DNA of 64,000 bases from Candidatus Zhuqueibacterota bacterium (GCA_029262035.1 JAJDAE010000193.1:6115-70114); one strand, 5' to 3'. Positions 1-10,406 are shown, counted from the first letter of the stretch. Program-made: numbers and translations. Notes: generated by a model from the sequence alone, not told the origin.

Positions 1-422
1 ATGGCAGCGCACAAACGGGCGTGATTCTCGCCGAATATCTGGGATTGCCTCATGCCGGCATCGTAATGGAAATTCAAAAACAAGAAGGCAGCATTAAAGT
101 TAAACGCGAGTTGGAAAGCGGTTGGTTTCAGTCGGTAGAATTACCAATGCCGGCGCTTTTAACCATTCAGTCCGGTATAAATCAGCTTCGATATGCAACC
201 ATCAAAGGCATTATGATGGCTAAGAAAAAAGAAATTAAACAACCCACATTATCTGACCTTGGACTGAGTGAATCAGATGTTGCACCTGGCAGCAGTTCTC
301 TTAAGTTTCAAAAAATTTACGTTCCGAAAAAAACGAAACAAACACAGTTCTTTGAAGGCGATCCAAAAGATATTGCTTCGCAGTTGGTTGATAAATTGAG
401 AAATGAAGCAAAAGTTTTCTAA
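1..422 (+). CDS. etfB: Electron transfer flavoprotein subunit beta, C-terminal part (5' end outside window)
   Basis: Frame open to window edge; translation ...GLPHAGIVMEIQKQEGSIKVKRELESGWFQSVELPMPALLTIQSGINQLRYATIKGIMMAKKKEIK... matches the conserved C-terminal half of ETF-beta; etfA follows. Confidence 0.85.
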   Translation, partial: GSAQTGVILAEYLGLPHAGIVMEIQKQEGSIKVKRELESGWFQSVELPMPALLTIQSGINQLRYATIKGIMMAKKKEIKQPTLSDLGLSESDVAPGSSSLKFQKIYVPKKTKQTQFFEGDPKDIASQLVDKLRNEAKVF

Positions 423-540
423 ATGAAAATAGGTTGAAATTTCACTTCCCTTCGACTCCGTTCAGGGTGAAGAGTCAGATAAATAATGGAGCGTGTAGCT
501 TCATGGTGAGCGGAGTTGAACCACGAAAAGGAGAATTTAA

Positions 541-1521
541 ATGAGTTTGGATATATTGGTTGTTGCCGAGCAAAGAGATGGTGAATTAAATCGCTCAACT
601 TTAGAGGCTGTTGTTGCAGCTCAAAATTTGGGTAAAGATTTGGGCGGAAAAGAAATTGGTTTGCTGGTGTTGGGGCAAAATGTTTCTGACTTAGCGAGCG
701 AGTTAACCTCAAAAGGTGTAAATGAAGTTTTGTTAGCTGAACATGATAAAATAGCAGACTATACGCCTGGTGGCTATGCCGCTGCTGTAAAGCAGATAGT
801 GGAAAATGAGAATCCCACCTATGTTCTATTTTCGCATACCTACATGGTGCGCGACTACGCGCCAAAGCTGACTACATCCATGCAAAAGCCGCTTTTAAGT
901 GACTGTGTCCGGTACGTTATGGACGGTGGCAATCCTGTGTTTACCCGTCAGGTTTTTCAGGGAAAAGTAGATGCCGATTTTGTGCTGGAAGGCGATGGTC
1001 CGCATTTTGTCAGTTTTCAAGTTGGCGCTTTTAATGCGGATAATCTGGATACCGGTACAAGCGGTTCGGTTCGAAATGCCGATATTTCAATGGACGATGT
1101 TGAGATACGTACAAAAGTGCTGGAAATTTTTGAAGGCGTAAAGCAGGAAGTTGATCTGTCCAAAGCTGAGCGTATTGTGTCGGTGGGTCGCGGAATAAAG
1201 AAGGAAGAAAACCTGGAATTGATGCGTGATCTTGCAGGCGTTCTCGATGCTGAAATTTCAGCATCGCGGCCTGTTTGTGACGATGGCTGGCTACCTCTGG
1301 ATCGTCAGGTTGGTAGTTCCGGGCAAACTGTTTCCCCGAAATTATATTTTGCAGTTGGAATTTCGGGCGCAATTCAGCATATTGTCGGTATGAAAAATTC
1401 GGGAGCCATCGTTGCAATAAATAAAGACCCGCACGCACCTATTTTTGACATTGCCGATTATGCGGTAGTTGGTGATTTATTCGAAGTGATTCCTGCTGTA
1501 ATTGCCGAGCTTAAAGGCTAA
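541..1521 (+). CDS. etfA: Electron transfer flavoprotein subunit alpha
   Basis: 326-aa ORF; C-terminal FAD-binding region ...SGQTVSPKLYFAVGISGAIQHIVGMKNSGAIVAINKDPHAPIF...; AAGGAG 7 nt upstream of ATG. Confidence 0.92.
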   Translation: MSLDILVVAEQRDGELNRSTLEAVVAAQNLGKDLGGKEIGLLVLGQNVSDLASELTSKGVNEVLLAEHDKIADYTPGGYAAAVKQIVENENPTYVLFSHTYMVRDYAPKLTTSMQKPLLSDCVRYVMDGGNPVFTRQVFQGKVDADFVLEGDGPHFVSFQVGAFNADNLDTGTSGSVRNADISMDDVEIRTKVLEIFEGVKQEVDLSKAERIVSVGRGIKKEENLELMRDLAGVLDAEISASRPVCDDGWLPLDRQVGSSGQTVSPKLYFAVGISGAIQHIVGMKNSGAIVAINKDPHAPIFDIADYAVVGDLFEVIPAVIAELKG

Positions 1522-1567
1522 TAACAGCGGGGGATGGATTATTGGAATAATGGATTTTGGGATTAGT

Positions 1568-1640
1568 TAGGTTCGTAGTACAAGCTTTAGCTTGCGATTC
1601 GCGATCACAGGCACAGCCTGAAGGCTGAACTACGAACCTA
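1568..1640 (+). terminator. Long inverted repeat after etfA (possible terminator or REP-like element)
   Basis: TAGGTTCGTAGT (1568-1579) pairs perfectly with ACTACGAACCTA (1629-1640). The 49-nt loop contains a CAGCC-TGAA-GGCTG sub-hairpin. Followed by TATTTTGT, which is not a clean T-tract. Confidence 0.4.
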
Positions 1641-1690
1641 TATTTTGTAACGTACAAATTATTCAGATTCAGAAAATATAGGATTCAAAA

Positions 1691-2206
1691 ATGCTCAAAT
1701 CTACACACATTATCTCTATTTTCATTTTAGCGATGTTACTGTCCGGTTGTGCAGGTGGTAAAAGGGTTTCAGTCCCAAAGTCCGGGGGTGAGCCGGTAAA
1801 AGATTTTCATTTAATGAAAGAAGATTTTGACCCTGTTGCACTGAAGGATGATGACATTGAAATTAAGCAGCCTGAAATTTCACAAAGAGACGAAAAGGAT
1901 GTATTTAATTTTTCAGCCTCTGCCGATCGCGATACTGTGGGAATAGGTTATCGAATCCAGATTGTACAGACTACGGATCCTGAAAAAGCAAAAGAAGTTA
2001 TGCGGGATGCGATTATAAGATTTGACCATGAAGTATATAGGGTTTTTGATGCCCCTCATTATAAGGTAAGATTAGGGAATTTTGTGAATTGGAATGATGC
2101 AGAAAAAGTTCAGGAACTCGCGATAAAAAAAGGATTTCGTGAGTCCTGGGTTATCCGCACCAAGATCGATTTAAGAAAAGCATACAAAGCAATTGATAAG
2201 TTTTAG
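1691..2206 (+). CDS. SPOR-domain lipoprotein
   Basis: Signal peptide with lipobox LLSGC; C-terminal ~75 aa (GYRIQIVQT...YKVRLGNF...AEKVQELAIKKGF) resembles a SPOR peptidoglycan-binding repeat. Confidence 0.7.
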   Translation: MLKSTHIISIFILAMLLSGCAGGKRVSVPKSGGEPVKDFHLMKEDFDPVALKDDDIEIKQPEISQRDEKDVFNFSASADRDTVGIGYRIQIVQTTDPEKAKEVMRDAIIRFDHEVYRVFDAPHYKVRLGNFVNWNDAEKVQELAIKKGFRESWVIRTKIDLRKAYKAIDKF

Positions 2207-2214
2207 GCATTTAT

Positions 2215-2253
2215 GCTGAGCCTCATGTTTATGGTGGCTCAGCTTTGGATTTT
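2215..2253 (+). terminator. Rho-independent terminator after SPOR gene
   Basis: GCTGAGCC (2215-2222) - 13 nt - GGCTCAGC (2236-2243), perfect 8-bp stem, followed by TTTGGATTTT. Confidence 0.6.
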
Positions 2254-2414
2254 GTTAGAAGAGATTTAGGTTAAATAAGTTTCTCCCCAAAAAGTGTTCA
2301 CAAAAATTTCCCATTTACTGCAAATATCAATCCCAAAAACTACTCTTCCAAATATTTTGACTTGGAAAACGCGAGAAAATTTACTATATTGTCTGTTTAT
2401 ATTTGGAGATTTTT

Positions 2415-3164
2415 ATGTCTGGTCATTCGAAATGGAACACAATAAAAAGGAAAAAAGCAAAAGTAGATGCTGAAAGAGGCAAAGCTTTTACCCGTTTGAT
2501 CAAAGATATAACAATGGCCGCGCGTGAAGGAGGAGGAGATGAGTCTGCAAATCCTCGATTGCGTTCAGCAATTATTGCCGCAAAAGGTGCCAATATGCCT
2601 GCCGCAAATATGGAGCGGGCTATTAAAAAAGGAACAGGTGAACTACCTGGCGTTACTTATGAAGAAAGTGTTCTGGAAGGTTATGGCCCGGGTGGTGTGG
2701 CAATTTACATAGAAATATTGACCGATAATCGGAAACGTACGGTCGCGGAAGTTCGTCATAGTCTAACAAAAAACAATGGTAATCTTGCTGAGTCTGGCGC
2801 TGTAGCATGGATGTTTGAGAAAAAAGGTCTTATTTCCATTCCCAAAGAGTCTGTCGATGAAGAAGAACTGCTGCTGCTGGTTTTAGATGCAGGTGCAGAA
2901 GACCTGAGCTCGGATGATGACTTTTTTGAAATTACCTCAGCCACTGAGGATCTCGAAAATGTTCGGAAAGCGCTTGAAGAAAACAATGTTAATGTCGAAT
3001 CATACGGCTTGACCATGTTGCCAAAGAATTCGATAAAGGTTGAAGGAACAGAAGCTAAGCAAGTGCTTAAAATTTTGGATCTGCTGGAAGATAATGACGA
3101 CGTACAGCAGGTTTATTCTAATTTTGATATAGATATCTCCGTCATGGAGCAACTGGATTCTTAG
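2415..3164 (+). CDS. yebC: YebC/PmpR-family transcriptional regulator
   Basis: MSGHSKWNTIKRKKAKVDAERGKAFTRLIK... hallmark N-terminus of the YebC family; ATG 2415 preferred over in-frame TTG 2403. Confidence 0.92.
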   Translation: MSGHSKWNTIKRKKAKVDAERGKAFTRLIKDITMAAREGGGDESANPRLRSAIIAAKGANMPAANMERAIKKGTGELPGVTYEESVLEGYGPGGVAIYIEILTDNRKRTVAEVRHSLTKNNGNLAESGAVAWMFEKKGLISIPKESVDEEELLLLVLDAGAEDLSSDDDFFEITSATEDLENVRKALEENNVNVESYGLTMLPKNSIKVEGTEAKQVLKILDLLEDNDDVQQVYSNFDIDISVMEQLDS

Positions 3165-3176
3165 GGGTTTTTGAAT

Positions 3177-3656
3177 ATGCGCGTTCTCGGAATTGATCCG
3201 GGCACCCGTGCAATGGGGTTTGGTATTTTGGAAAGTGTGGAGGGCAGCGCAGCTGTTTTGGAGTTTGGCTGCTTAAAAATGTCCTCAAAAGAAGCACTTC
3301 AGTTTCGTTTACAAAAAATTTATGCTGAAATAAACAAGCTGGTTGTAAAATATAAACCCGATCAGGTTGCTATTGAAGATTTATTTTACGCCAAAAACCC
3401 GAAAGTAGCGATTAAACTGGGGCACGCAAGGGGTGTTGCTATAGTAGCCGCAGTAAATCTGGGTGTCCCCACTTTCGAATATGCCCCTCGCGAGGTTAAA
3501 CAAGCTGTTACCGGTAATGGCGCAGCTTCAAAAGAGCAGATTCAGCGTATGTTGCAGCAAATCCTAAATTTAAAAGATTTATCAGGCTCTTTTGATGCAT
3601 CGGATGCACTGGCAGTTGCACTTTGCCATTTAAACAGAGTGAACCGCAAAATATGA
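3177..3656 (+). CDS. ruvC: Holliday junction resolvase RuvC
   Basis: MRVLGIDPGTRAMGFGILE... conserved RuvC N-terminus; ATG 3177 (ORF track starts at TTG 3171). Confidence 0.93.
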   Translation: MRVLGIDPGTRAMGFGILESVEGSAAVLEFGCLKMSSKEALQFRLQKIYAEINKLVVKYKPDQVAIEDLFYAKNPKVAIKLGHARGVAIVAAVNLGVPTFEYAPREVKQAVTGNGAASKEQIQRMLQQILNLKDLSGSFDASDALAVALCHLNRVNRKI

Positions 3657-4249
3657 TTTCATTTGTTGAAGGGTCACTTTTCGAGAAATCGCCGACGCTG
3701 GTTGTTATCGACGTCAATGGAATAGGTTACGAACTGCTGATTTCAGTTGCAACATATGATGCGTTACCCGAAACCGGTCAACGGGTACGGCTTCTCACTT
3801 ATCAACATGTAAGAGAGGACAGTCTTCTGCTCTTTGGTTTTTTGGATCGGAAAGAAAAAACGATGTTTACCAAGCTTATTTCAGTTTCGGGTATCGGTCC
3901 TAAACTTGGCTTGGGGATTCTTTCCGGATGTGCCATCGGGGATTTAACCCGGTATATTGTTAATGAAGAAATCGACCATTTAAAAAGATTACCGGGTATT
4001 GGCGCAAAAACCGCGCAACGGTTAAGTCTCGAGTTGAAAGACAAACTTGGCGATGTGGTGACCGATGGCGTTGCAGCACCGGAATCGTTAAGCGGCAGCC
4101 AAAGTGAAACCAGAGACCAGGCAGTTATGGCGCTGGTTTCTTTGGGATATTCAAGGAGTGAAGCTGAAAGGAATTTGTCTAAAATTTTAATTAAGAGTCC
4201 TGATTTACCATTGGATGAGCTCATTAAAAAGTCGTTGAAAAAGGCTTAG
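3653..4249 (+). CDS. ruvA: Holliday junction branch-migration protein RuvA
   Basis: MISFVEGSLFEKSPTLVVIDVNGIGYEL..., HhH motif LPGIGAKTAQRL; ATGA overlap with ruvC stop. Confidence 0.93.
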   Translation: MISFVEGSLFEKSPTLVVIDVNGIGYELLISVATYDALPETGQRVRLLTYQHVREDSLLLFGFLDRKEKTMFTKLISVSGIGPKLGLGILSGCAIGDLTRYIVNEEIDHLKRLPGIGAKTAQRLSLELKDKLGDVVTDGVAAPESLSGSQSETRDQAVMALVSLGYSRSEAERNLSKILIKSPDLPLDELIKKSLKKA

Positions 4250-5272
4250 ATGGACCAGGAAAGAAATACAATTCCGGAGCAAATTGCAGGCGAAAATGAA
4301 CTTGATGTTACGCTTCGTCCTCGCTCTTTTGAAGATTTTGTTGGTCAGGATAGCATCAAAGAAAATCTTAAGGTTTTTATTGACGCCGCCAGGGCTAGAG
4401 AGGAGGCGCTCGATCACGCCCTGTTTTACGGTCCACCGGGATTAGGCAAAACTACGCTGGCTCATATTATCGCCAATGAGTTGAAAGTGAATATCAAAAT
4501 TACTTCCGGGCCGGCGCTGGATAAGGCCGCAGATCTAGCTGGTTTGCTGACCAATTTGGGTGAAGGGGATGTTCTTTTTATCGATGAAATCCACCGGCTA
4601 AATCGGGTTGTTGAAGAATATTTGTACCCGGCGATGGAAGATTATAAGCTGGATATTATTATCGACCGAGGCGCAAATGCACGAACGATTCAAATTCAAT
4701 TGCCGAAATTTACGCTTGTAGGTGCAACAACGCGGGCCGGGTTGTTGACCTCACCTCTTCGCTCGCGTTTCGGCGTGGTCAATCGGTTGGATTTCTATAA
4801 GCCGGAAGAATTGTTGCAAATTATTCAGCGGTCAGCAAAAATTTTTGATATTGAAATGGAGGCCGACGCGGGCTTTGAGATTGCAAGACGTTCTCGCGGT
4901 ACCGCCCGTATTGCCAATCGTCTGCTACGGCGGCTTCGTGATTTTGCCCAGGTTGAGGGAAATGGCAAAATTACTATAGAACTTGCGAAGTCATCCTTAA
5001 TCAAGCTGGATGTTGACGAGCTTGGTTTGGATGAAATGGACAAAAGGATTTTAAAATTGTTGATCGAAAAATTTAATGGCGGCCCTGTTGGCATTAACAC
5101 GCTCGCAGTTGCCATTGGCGAACAAGGCGAGACGATTGAAGAAATCTACGAGCCGTATCTGATCCAGGAAGGTTTAATGCAAAGAACTCAGCGTGGCCGA
5201 ATTGCTACCGATCTTACTTACAGGCATTTCGGGCTACTTAAAAAAAAGAATTTACAAGAAAAACTATTTTGA
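4250..5272 (+). CDS. ruvB: Holliday junction DNA helicase RuvB
   Basis: Walker [12 protein letters not shown], Walker B/sensor LFIDEIHRL; 340 aa; directly follows ruvA. Confidence 0.96.
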   Translation: MDQERNTIPEQIAGENELDVTLRPRSFEDFVGQDSIKENLKVFIDAARAREEALDHALFYGPPGLGKTTLAHIIANELKVNIKITSGPALDKAADLAGLLTNLGEGDVLFIDEIHRLNRVVEEYLYPAMEDYKLDIIIDRGANARTIQIQLPKFTLVGATTRAGLLTSPLRSRFGVVNRLDFYKPEELLQIIQRSAKIFDIEMEADAGFEIARRSRGTARIANRLLRRLRDFAQVEGNGKITIELAKSSLIKLDVDELGLDEMDKRILKLLIEKFNGGPVGINTLAVAIGEQGETIEEIYEPYLIQEGLMQRTQRGRIATDLTYRHFGLLKKKNLQEKLF

Positions 5273-5296
5273 TGATAAATCTAAAGGGAGCACTAA

Positions 5297-6325
5297 ATGA
5301 AACTGTCTGATTTTAAGTATAACTTGCCAAATAAACTTATCGCCCAGTATCCCAGCGAGAAACGTGATCAGTCGAACCTGATGGTTTTAGACCGTGAAAA
5401 GCAATCCATTGCCCAACATCACTTTGCTGATATCGCCGACTATTTTGAGAAAGGCGATTGTTTGGTGATTAATGAAACGAAGGTTTTTCCGGCGAGATTA
5501 ATGGGAACCAAAGACAAAACTGACGCCAAGGTCGAAATCTTTTTGCTGCGTGAATTAGAAAACGGCTTATGGGAAGTATTGGTAAAACCTGCTCGTAAAG
5601 TAAGAGTTGGAAATCGTCTGTCAGTGAACGACAAGCTGTATTGCGATGTTATCGATAATACGGTTTCCGGTGGTCGGGTTGTTCGTTTTAATTATGATGG
5701 CGATTTTTTTGAAATCGTTGATAAAATTGGTCAATCACCATTACCGCCTTACATTGATAGAGACCCGGAACCTGTAGACAAAGAACGCTATCAAACTGTG
5801 TATTCCAGGGTGCGGGGTGCTGTTGCAGCGCCTACTGCAGGTTTACATTTCACGGAACCACTTCTTAAAAAACTTGAGCAGCGCGGCGTTAAAATCGTAA
5901 AAATTGTTTTACATCTTGGACTTGGAAGTTTCCGACCTGTTGTGGTTGAAGATTTAAACCGACATAAAATGGATTCTGAGTATTTTGAAGTTCCGGAAGA
6001 AACAGCTAAAGTTGTTAACGAAACAAGAAAAGAAGGCGGCCGGATTATCGCTGTTGGAACAAGTACTACTCGAGCGCTGGAAACTGCCGTTACTTCGGAA
6101 GGCTGGACTAAACCTGCTCAAGGCTGGACCGACAAATTTATCTTTCCGCCATACGAATGCAAAGTTGTGAATGGGTTAATCACAAATTTTCATCTGCCAA
6201 GTTCAACGTTGTTGATGCTTACCTGCGCATTTGCCGGGCGTGATTTTGTTTTCAAAGCGTACCGCAAAGCAATTCGTGAGAAATTTAACTTTTATAGCTA
6301 TGGCGATGCCATGCTAGTTATATAA
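5297..6325 (+). CDS. queA: S-adenosylmethionine:tRNA ribosyltransferase-isomerase
   Basis: MKLSDFKYNLPNKLIAQYP..., ...PTAGLHFT..., ...AVGTSTTRALE... typical QueA blocks; 342 aa. Confidence 0.94.
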   Translation: MKLSDFKYNLPNKLIAQYPSEKRDQSNLMVLDREKQSIAQHHFADIADYFEKGDCLVINETKVFPARLMGTKDKTDAKVEIFLLRELENGLWEVLVKPARKVRVGNRLSVNDKLYCDVIDNTVSGGRVVRFNYDGDFFEIVDKIGQSPLPPYIDRDPEPVDKERYQTVYSRVRGAVAAPTAGLHFTEPLLKKLEQRGVKIVKIVLHLGLGSFRPVVVEDLNRHKMDSEYFEVPEETAKVVNETRKEGGRIIAVGTSTTRALETAVTSEGWTKPAQGWTDKFIFPPYECKVVNGLITNFHLPSSTLLMLTCAFAGRDFVFKAYRKAIREKFNFYSYGDAMLVI

Positions 6326-6335
6326 TTGTTGGCAT

Positions 6336-7019
6336 TTGGTGGATGTATCTGCAATTATCGTAGCGGCCGGACAGGGAAGTCGTATTGGCGGTAGCCTGCC
6401 CAAGCAATTTCAGGATATAGGGGGCAAGCCCGTCACGGCGCACTCTCTCCTTAAGTTTGAAGCCTGTAAAGCCATAACCGAAATTGTACTTATTGTTTCG
6501 GAAGGATGGCTTGAATTTGCTGTTGAACTTGCCCGCAAGTACAAAATTGCCAAACTTTCACAAGTAATAATCGGTGGAAAAGAGCGCCAGGATTCTGTCT
6601 TCAAAGGACTGAATGCCTTGACCGCTCAACCCGATATCGTTGCTATTCACGATGCTGTTCGCCCGTTTATTTCTATCATTAAAATAGAAGAAACCGTTCG
6701 AGCCGCACAAGAGTTTGGCGGTGCGCTTGTGGCTGTTCCGGTTAAAGATACGATTAAAGCAGAAAAAAACGGATTTGTTGAAAAAACTTTGGATCGAAAA
6801 GTTCTGTGGGCAGTACAAACCCCTCAAACATTTCAGTTTGAAATTTTATCGGAAGCATATAAAAATGCTTACCACAAGGGAATTTACAGCACGGACGATT
6901 CGGCTTTGGTTGAAATGGCGGGGCATCCGGTTAAGATCATCGAAGGCGATTATCAAAACATGAAAATAACTGTGCCTTCAGATTTTGCGTTGGCAGAAAA
7001 GTTAATCGAGAATAATTGA
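6336..7019 (+). CDS. ispD: 2-C-methyl-D-erythritol 4-phosphate cytidylyltransferase
   Basis: IIVAAGQGSRIG glycine-rich loop, VAIHDAVRPF block; TTG start; followed by ispF. Confidence 0.9.
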   Translation: MVDVSAIIVAAGQGSRIGGSLPKQFQDIGGKPVTAHSLLKFEACKAITEIVLIVSEGWLEFAVELARKYKIAKLSQVIIGGKERQDSVFKGLNALTAQPDIVAIHDAVRPFISIIKIEETVRAAQEFGGALVAVPVKDTIKAEKNGFVEKTLDRKVLWAVQTPQTFQFEILSEAYKNAYHKGIYSTDDSALVEMAGHPVKIIEGDYQNMKITVPSDFALAEKLIENN

Positions 7020-7023
7020 AATA

Positions 7024-7503
7024 ATGCGAGTAGGTTTTGGATACGATGTACATCAGTTTGCAAAAAATCGTAAACTGATTTTGGGTGGCCTCGAAATTCC
7101 GTTTGAAAAAGGTTTGCTGGGTCATTCCGATGCTGATGCTTTGAGTCACGCAATTGGGGATGCGTTGCTTGGCAGCCTGGCACTTGGCGATATCGGCTAT
7201 CATTTTCCGGATACGGATGCTAGATATGCGGGAATTTCAAGTCTGTTGCTTTTAAAACAGATTGCTGAACTAGTCGGCAAAAATGGTTATAAAATCGGTA
7301 ACATTGATTCGACGATTGTTCTGGAAAAGCCGAAAATGTTGCCGCACATTTATTCAATGCGAAAAAATATTGCGGATTCACTTTCAGTTGAAAGTTCACA
7401 AGTTTCTGTAAAGGCCACGACTTCTGAAAAAATGGGTTTTGTTGGGACCGGAGATGGAATTGCAGTTTATGCGGTTGTTTTAGTTACGGAGAAGAATTCT
7501 TAA
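7024..7503 (+). CDS. ispF: 2-C-methyl-D-erythritol 2,4-cyclodiphosphate synthase
   Basis: MRVGFGYDVHQF...GHSDADALSHAIGDA... conserved metal-binding blocks; 159 aa. Confidence 0.94.
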   Translation: MRVGFGYDVHQFAKNRKLILGGLEIPFEKGLLGHSDADALSHAIGDALLGSLALGDIGYHFPDTDARYAGISSLLLLKQIAELVGKNGYKIGNIDSTIVLEKPKMLPHIYSMRKNIADSLSVESSQVSVKATTSEKMGFVGTGDGIAVYAVVLVTEKNS

Positions 7504-8936
7504 TGAATGAGATAAGGGTCCGGTTTGCACCGAGTCCAACCGGCGAGTTGCACATTGGAAATGTTCGCACAGCGATTTTAAATTGGATTTTTGCAAAAAA
7601 ACAAGGTGGGAAATTAATTCTTCGCATTGAAGATACAGATTTAGAAAGATCGACTAAAGAATCTGAAACATCTATTTTTGATAGCCTGCGTTGGTTGGGT
7701 TTGGATTGGGATGAAAGTCCTGAGAAACCAGGAGAGTATGGTCCTTATCGCCAATCTGAAAGATTAGACATCTACAAAAAGTACCTTGAGTTGCTAAAAA
7801 AAAACGGGAAAATTTACCCCTGTTATAAGTCAGGAGAAGAGTTAGACGCCATTAAAAAGGCTGCCATCGAGCGTGGAGATTCGGCACCGTATCGGCGTAA
7901 GGAATTGGAGGCCACCGAAGAAGAAGTTGAACAACATATCGCCAATGGCGAAGAACCGGCGTGGATGTTTGAAGTTGGCAGGGGAGAAATAAAATGGCAG
8001 GATCTTGTAAAAGACGAAATTATTTTTCAGAGAGAAAATGTTGGTGATTTCGTAATCTTCAGATCTAACGGCAGCCCAACCTATAATTTTGTTGTCACGA
8101 TTGATGATGCTTTGATGAAAATTTCTCATGTCATTCGTGGAGATGATCATGTTTCCAATACGCCAAAACAGATTCTGATTTATCAAGCTCTGAATTTTCC
8201 GCTGCCTAAGTTTTGCCATATTCCGATGATTCTTGGGACAGACCGAACCCGGCTTTCCAAACGGCACGGCGCCACCTCGATTCAGGAATTTCAGAACAAA
8301 GGGTACTATCCCGCAGCAATGATAAATTTTTTGAGTTTGCTGAGCTGGTCATCAGAATCCGGTGACGAAATTTTGTCAATCGAGCGGTTGGTGAAAGAGA
8401 TCGATTTTAACAGGATGTCCAAATCCGCTGCTGTCTTCGACGTTGTAAAATTTAACTGGATGAATGGCATGTATATTCGCGAAATGCCCTTGGCTGTTTT
8501 TGTTGATAAGGCAATGCCATTTTTAAATTCAACTCAGATTGATATTTCTGATAACCAAAAAGTTACAGAAGCACTTGCGCTAATTCAGAATCATGTTGAA
8601 TACTTTGAACAGGTTTCAGAACTTGTGGAGCCACTTTTGCAAGATGTTATACAGCCTGTCGATGGCGAAGCGATAAATATTTCTTCAAAAGATTCTTCTC
8701 AAAAAATATACTGGGCTTTTCTAAGGCGTCTCAACAGACATAACAAACTGGACGCAAATGTATTTCGTCTTATAATGAAGGAAGTTCAGACTGAAACAGG
8801 AGTTATGGGGAAAGATTTGTGGATGCCGGTTAGAGTCGCATTAAGCGGAAAAATCCATGGCCCAGATTTGGGTAAAGTAGCCGAGGTTCTCGGTAAAGAA
8901 AAAATTAATCGTTTTGTGAAAAATTTAATTGATTAA
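7503..8936 (+). CDS. gltX: Glutamate--tRNA ligase
   Basis: Class I aaRS: RFAPSPTGELHIGNVRTA (HIGH) and RLSKRHG (KMSKS variant); start overlaps ispF stop (TAATG). Confidence 0.94.
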   Translation: MNEIRVRFAPSPTGELHIGNVRTAILNWIFAKKQGGKLILRIEDTDLERSTKESETSIFDSLRWLGLDWDESPEKPGEYGPYRQSERLDIYKKYLELLKKNGKIYPCYKSGEELDAIKKAAIERGDSAPYRRKELEATEEEVEQHIANGEEPAWMFEVGRGEIKWQDLVKDEIIFQRENVGDFVIFRSNGSPTYNFVVTIDDALMKISHVIRGDDHVSNTPKQILIYQALNFPLPKFCHIPMILGTDRTRLSKRHGATSIQEFQNKGYYPAAMINFLSLLSWSSESGDEILSIERLVKEIDFNRMSKSAAVFDVVKFNWMNGMYIREMPLAVFVDKAMPFLNSTQIDISDNQKVTEALALIQNHVEYFEQVSELVEPLLQDVIQPVDGEAINISSKDSSQKIYWAFLRRLNRHNKLDANVFRLIMKEVQTETGVMGKDLWMPVRVALSGKIHGPDLGKVAEVLGKEKINRFVKNLID

Positions 8937-8941
8937 ATCCG

Positions 8942-10384
8942 ATGAAACTTTATAACACGTTTACTAATCAAAAAGAAGAATTTAAGCCGGTTGAAGACGG
9001 TAAAGTTAAGTTTTATGTTTGCGGTCCAACGGTTTATAATTATATCCACATCGGAAATGCCAGGGCATTTATTGTTAATGATGTGTTACGGCGTTTTTTT
9101 GAATTTAGCGGTTATGAAGTAAACTATATTTTAAATATCACTGACATCGATGATAAGATAATTAATCAAGCTGTCACAGAGAAGGTCGACGTTGGTGAAA
9201 TAACCAAAAAATATTCAGCGGCCTTTTTCGAAGATATTAAAAACTTAAATATTAAACCCGCTACTCATAATCCCCGCGCAACCGAACATATCGAAGAAAT
9301 TATTGCTCTGATTGAGAGTTTAGTCGAGCAGGGCTTTGCCTATGAAAGTAAAGGCGATGTTTTATTTGATATTAGTAAATTTGATGATTATGGAAAACTT
9401 TCGGGGAAGAATCTGGATGATTTAAGGGCAGGCGCGCGTGTGGCCATCGATGAAAAAAAGAACAACCCGCTGGATTTTGTTTTGTGGAAGAAGCAAAAAC
9501 CGGGCGAACCAGCCTGGGCAAGCCCCTGGGGCAAAGGTAGGCCGGGCTGGCACATTGAGTGTTCGGCTATGTCTATGAAATATCTGGGTGACACATTTGA
9601 TATTCATGCCGGCGGTATAGATCTGGCCTTTCCGCACCACGAAAATGAAATTGCCCAAAGTGAATGCGCTTCAAAAAATAAATTCGTGAAGTATTGGCTG
9701 CACAATGGGTTTTTGAAAATCGACGGCGATAAAATGTCCAAGTCGCTCGGAAATTTTAGAACGGTGAAAGATATCTTAGAAAGCTACTCTTATTCGGCAA
9801 TCCGGACTTTTTTCTTGCAGAAACATTATAGAAGTCCTATCGATTTGACTTCCGATGGTTTACAAGCTGCAAAAAGCGCAAGCATTAAATTGAATATTTT
9901 TTATAAAAATCTTTGCCAGGCAATCACTGGGTTTGAAAGTGATTTAGAAATCATAGAAACAGCATCTTTCTCCGAAAAAGATGCTGAATATCTAACTAAT
10001 ATCAAACAGTTGCGGATAGAATTTGTTAATGCTCTGAATGACGACATGAATACCCCAACTGCAATTTCTAAACTTTTTGAAATTGTCCGACATGGCAACC
10101 AGTTATTAACAAATGAACCGCTTTCTGAAAATCAAAAATTATTAGGTAAGCTTACTCAAAAATATATTGAAGATTTTGACTTGGTTTTTGGAATTCTTGA
10201 TGCAAAAGGCAAAGAATTCGACTCAGGGTTGGTGGGGGATTTAATGGAGGTTCTTATGGAGATGCGAAGTGATCTCAGGACGAAAAAAGAGTGGGCGTTA
10301 TCTGATAAAATCAGGGACAGTTTAGGTGGTATGGGCATCGTTCTTGAGGACAAGGAAGGTGTTACAACCTGGCGAAAAAAATGA
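8942..10384 (+). CDS. cysS: Cysteine--tRNA ligase
   Basis: YVCGPTVYNYIHIGNARAF (HIGH), KMSKSLGNF, HIECSAMS zinc-site block; 480 aa. Confidence 0.95.
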   Translation: MKLYNTFTNQKEEFKPVEDGKVKFYVCGPTVYNYIHIGNARAFIVNDVLRRFFEFSGYEVNYILNITDIDDKIINQAVTEKVDVGEITKKYSAAFFEDIKNLNIKPATHNPRATEHIEEIIALIESLVEQGFAYESKGDVLFDISKFDDYGKLSGKNLDDLRAGARVAIDEKKNNPLDFVLWKKQKPGEPAWASPWGKGRPGWHIECSAMSMKYLGDTFDIHAGGIDLAFPHHENEIAQSECASKNKFVKYWLHNGFLKIDGDKMSKSLGNFRTVKDILESYSYSAIRTFFLQKHYRSPIDLTSDGLQAAKSASIKLNIFYKNLCQAITGFESDLEIIETASFSEKDAEYLTNIKQLRIEFVNALNDDMNTPTAISKLFEIVRHGNQLLTNEPLSENQKLLGKLTQKYIEDFDLVFGILDAKGKEFDSGLVGDLMEVLMEMRSDLRTKKEWALSDKIRDSLGGMGIVLEDKEGVTTWRKK

Positions 10385-10406
10385 ATTTGAAATTTTTAGA
10401 AATCAC

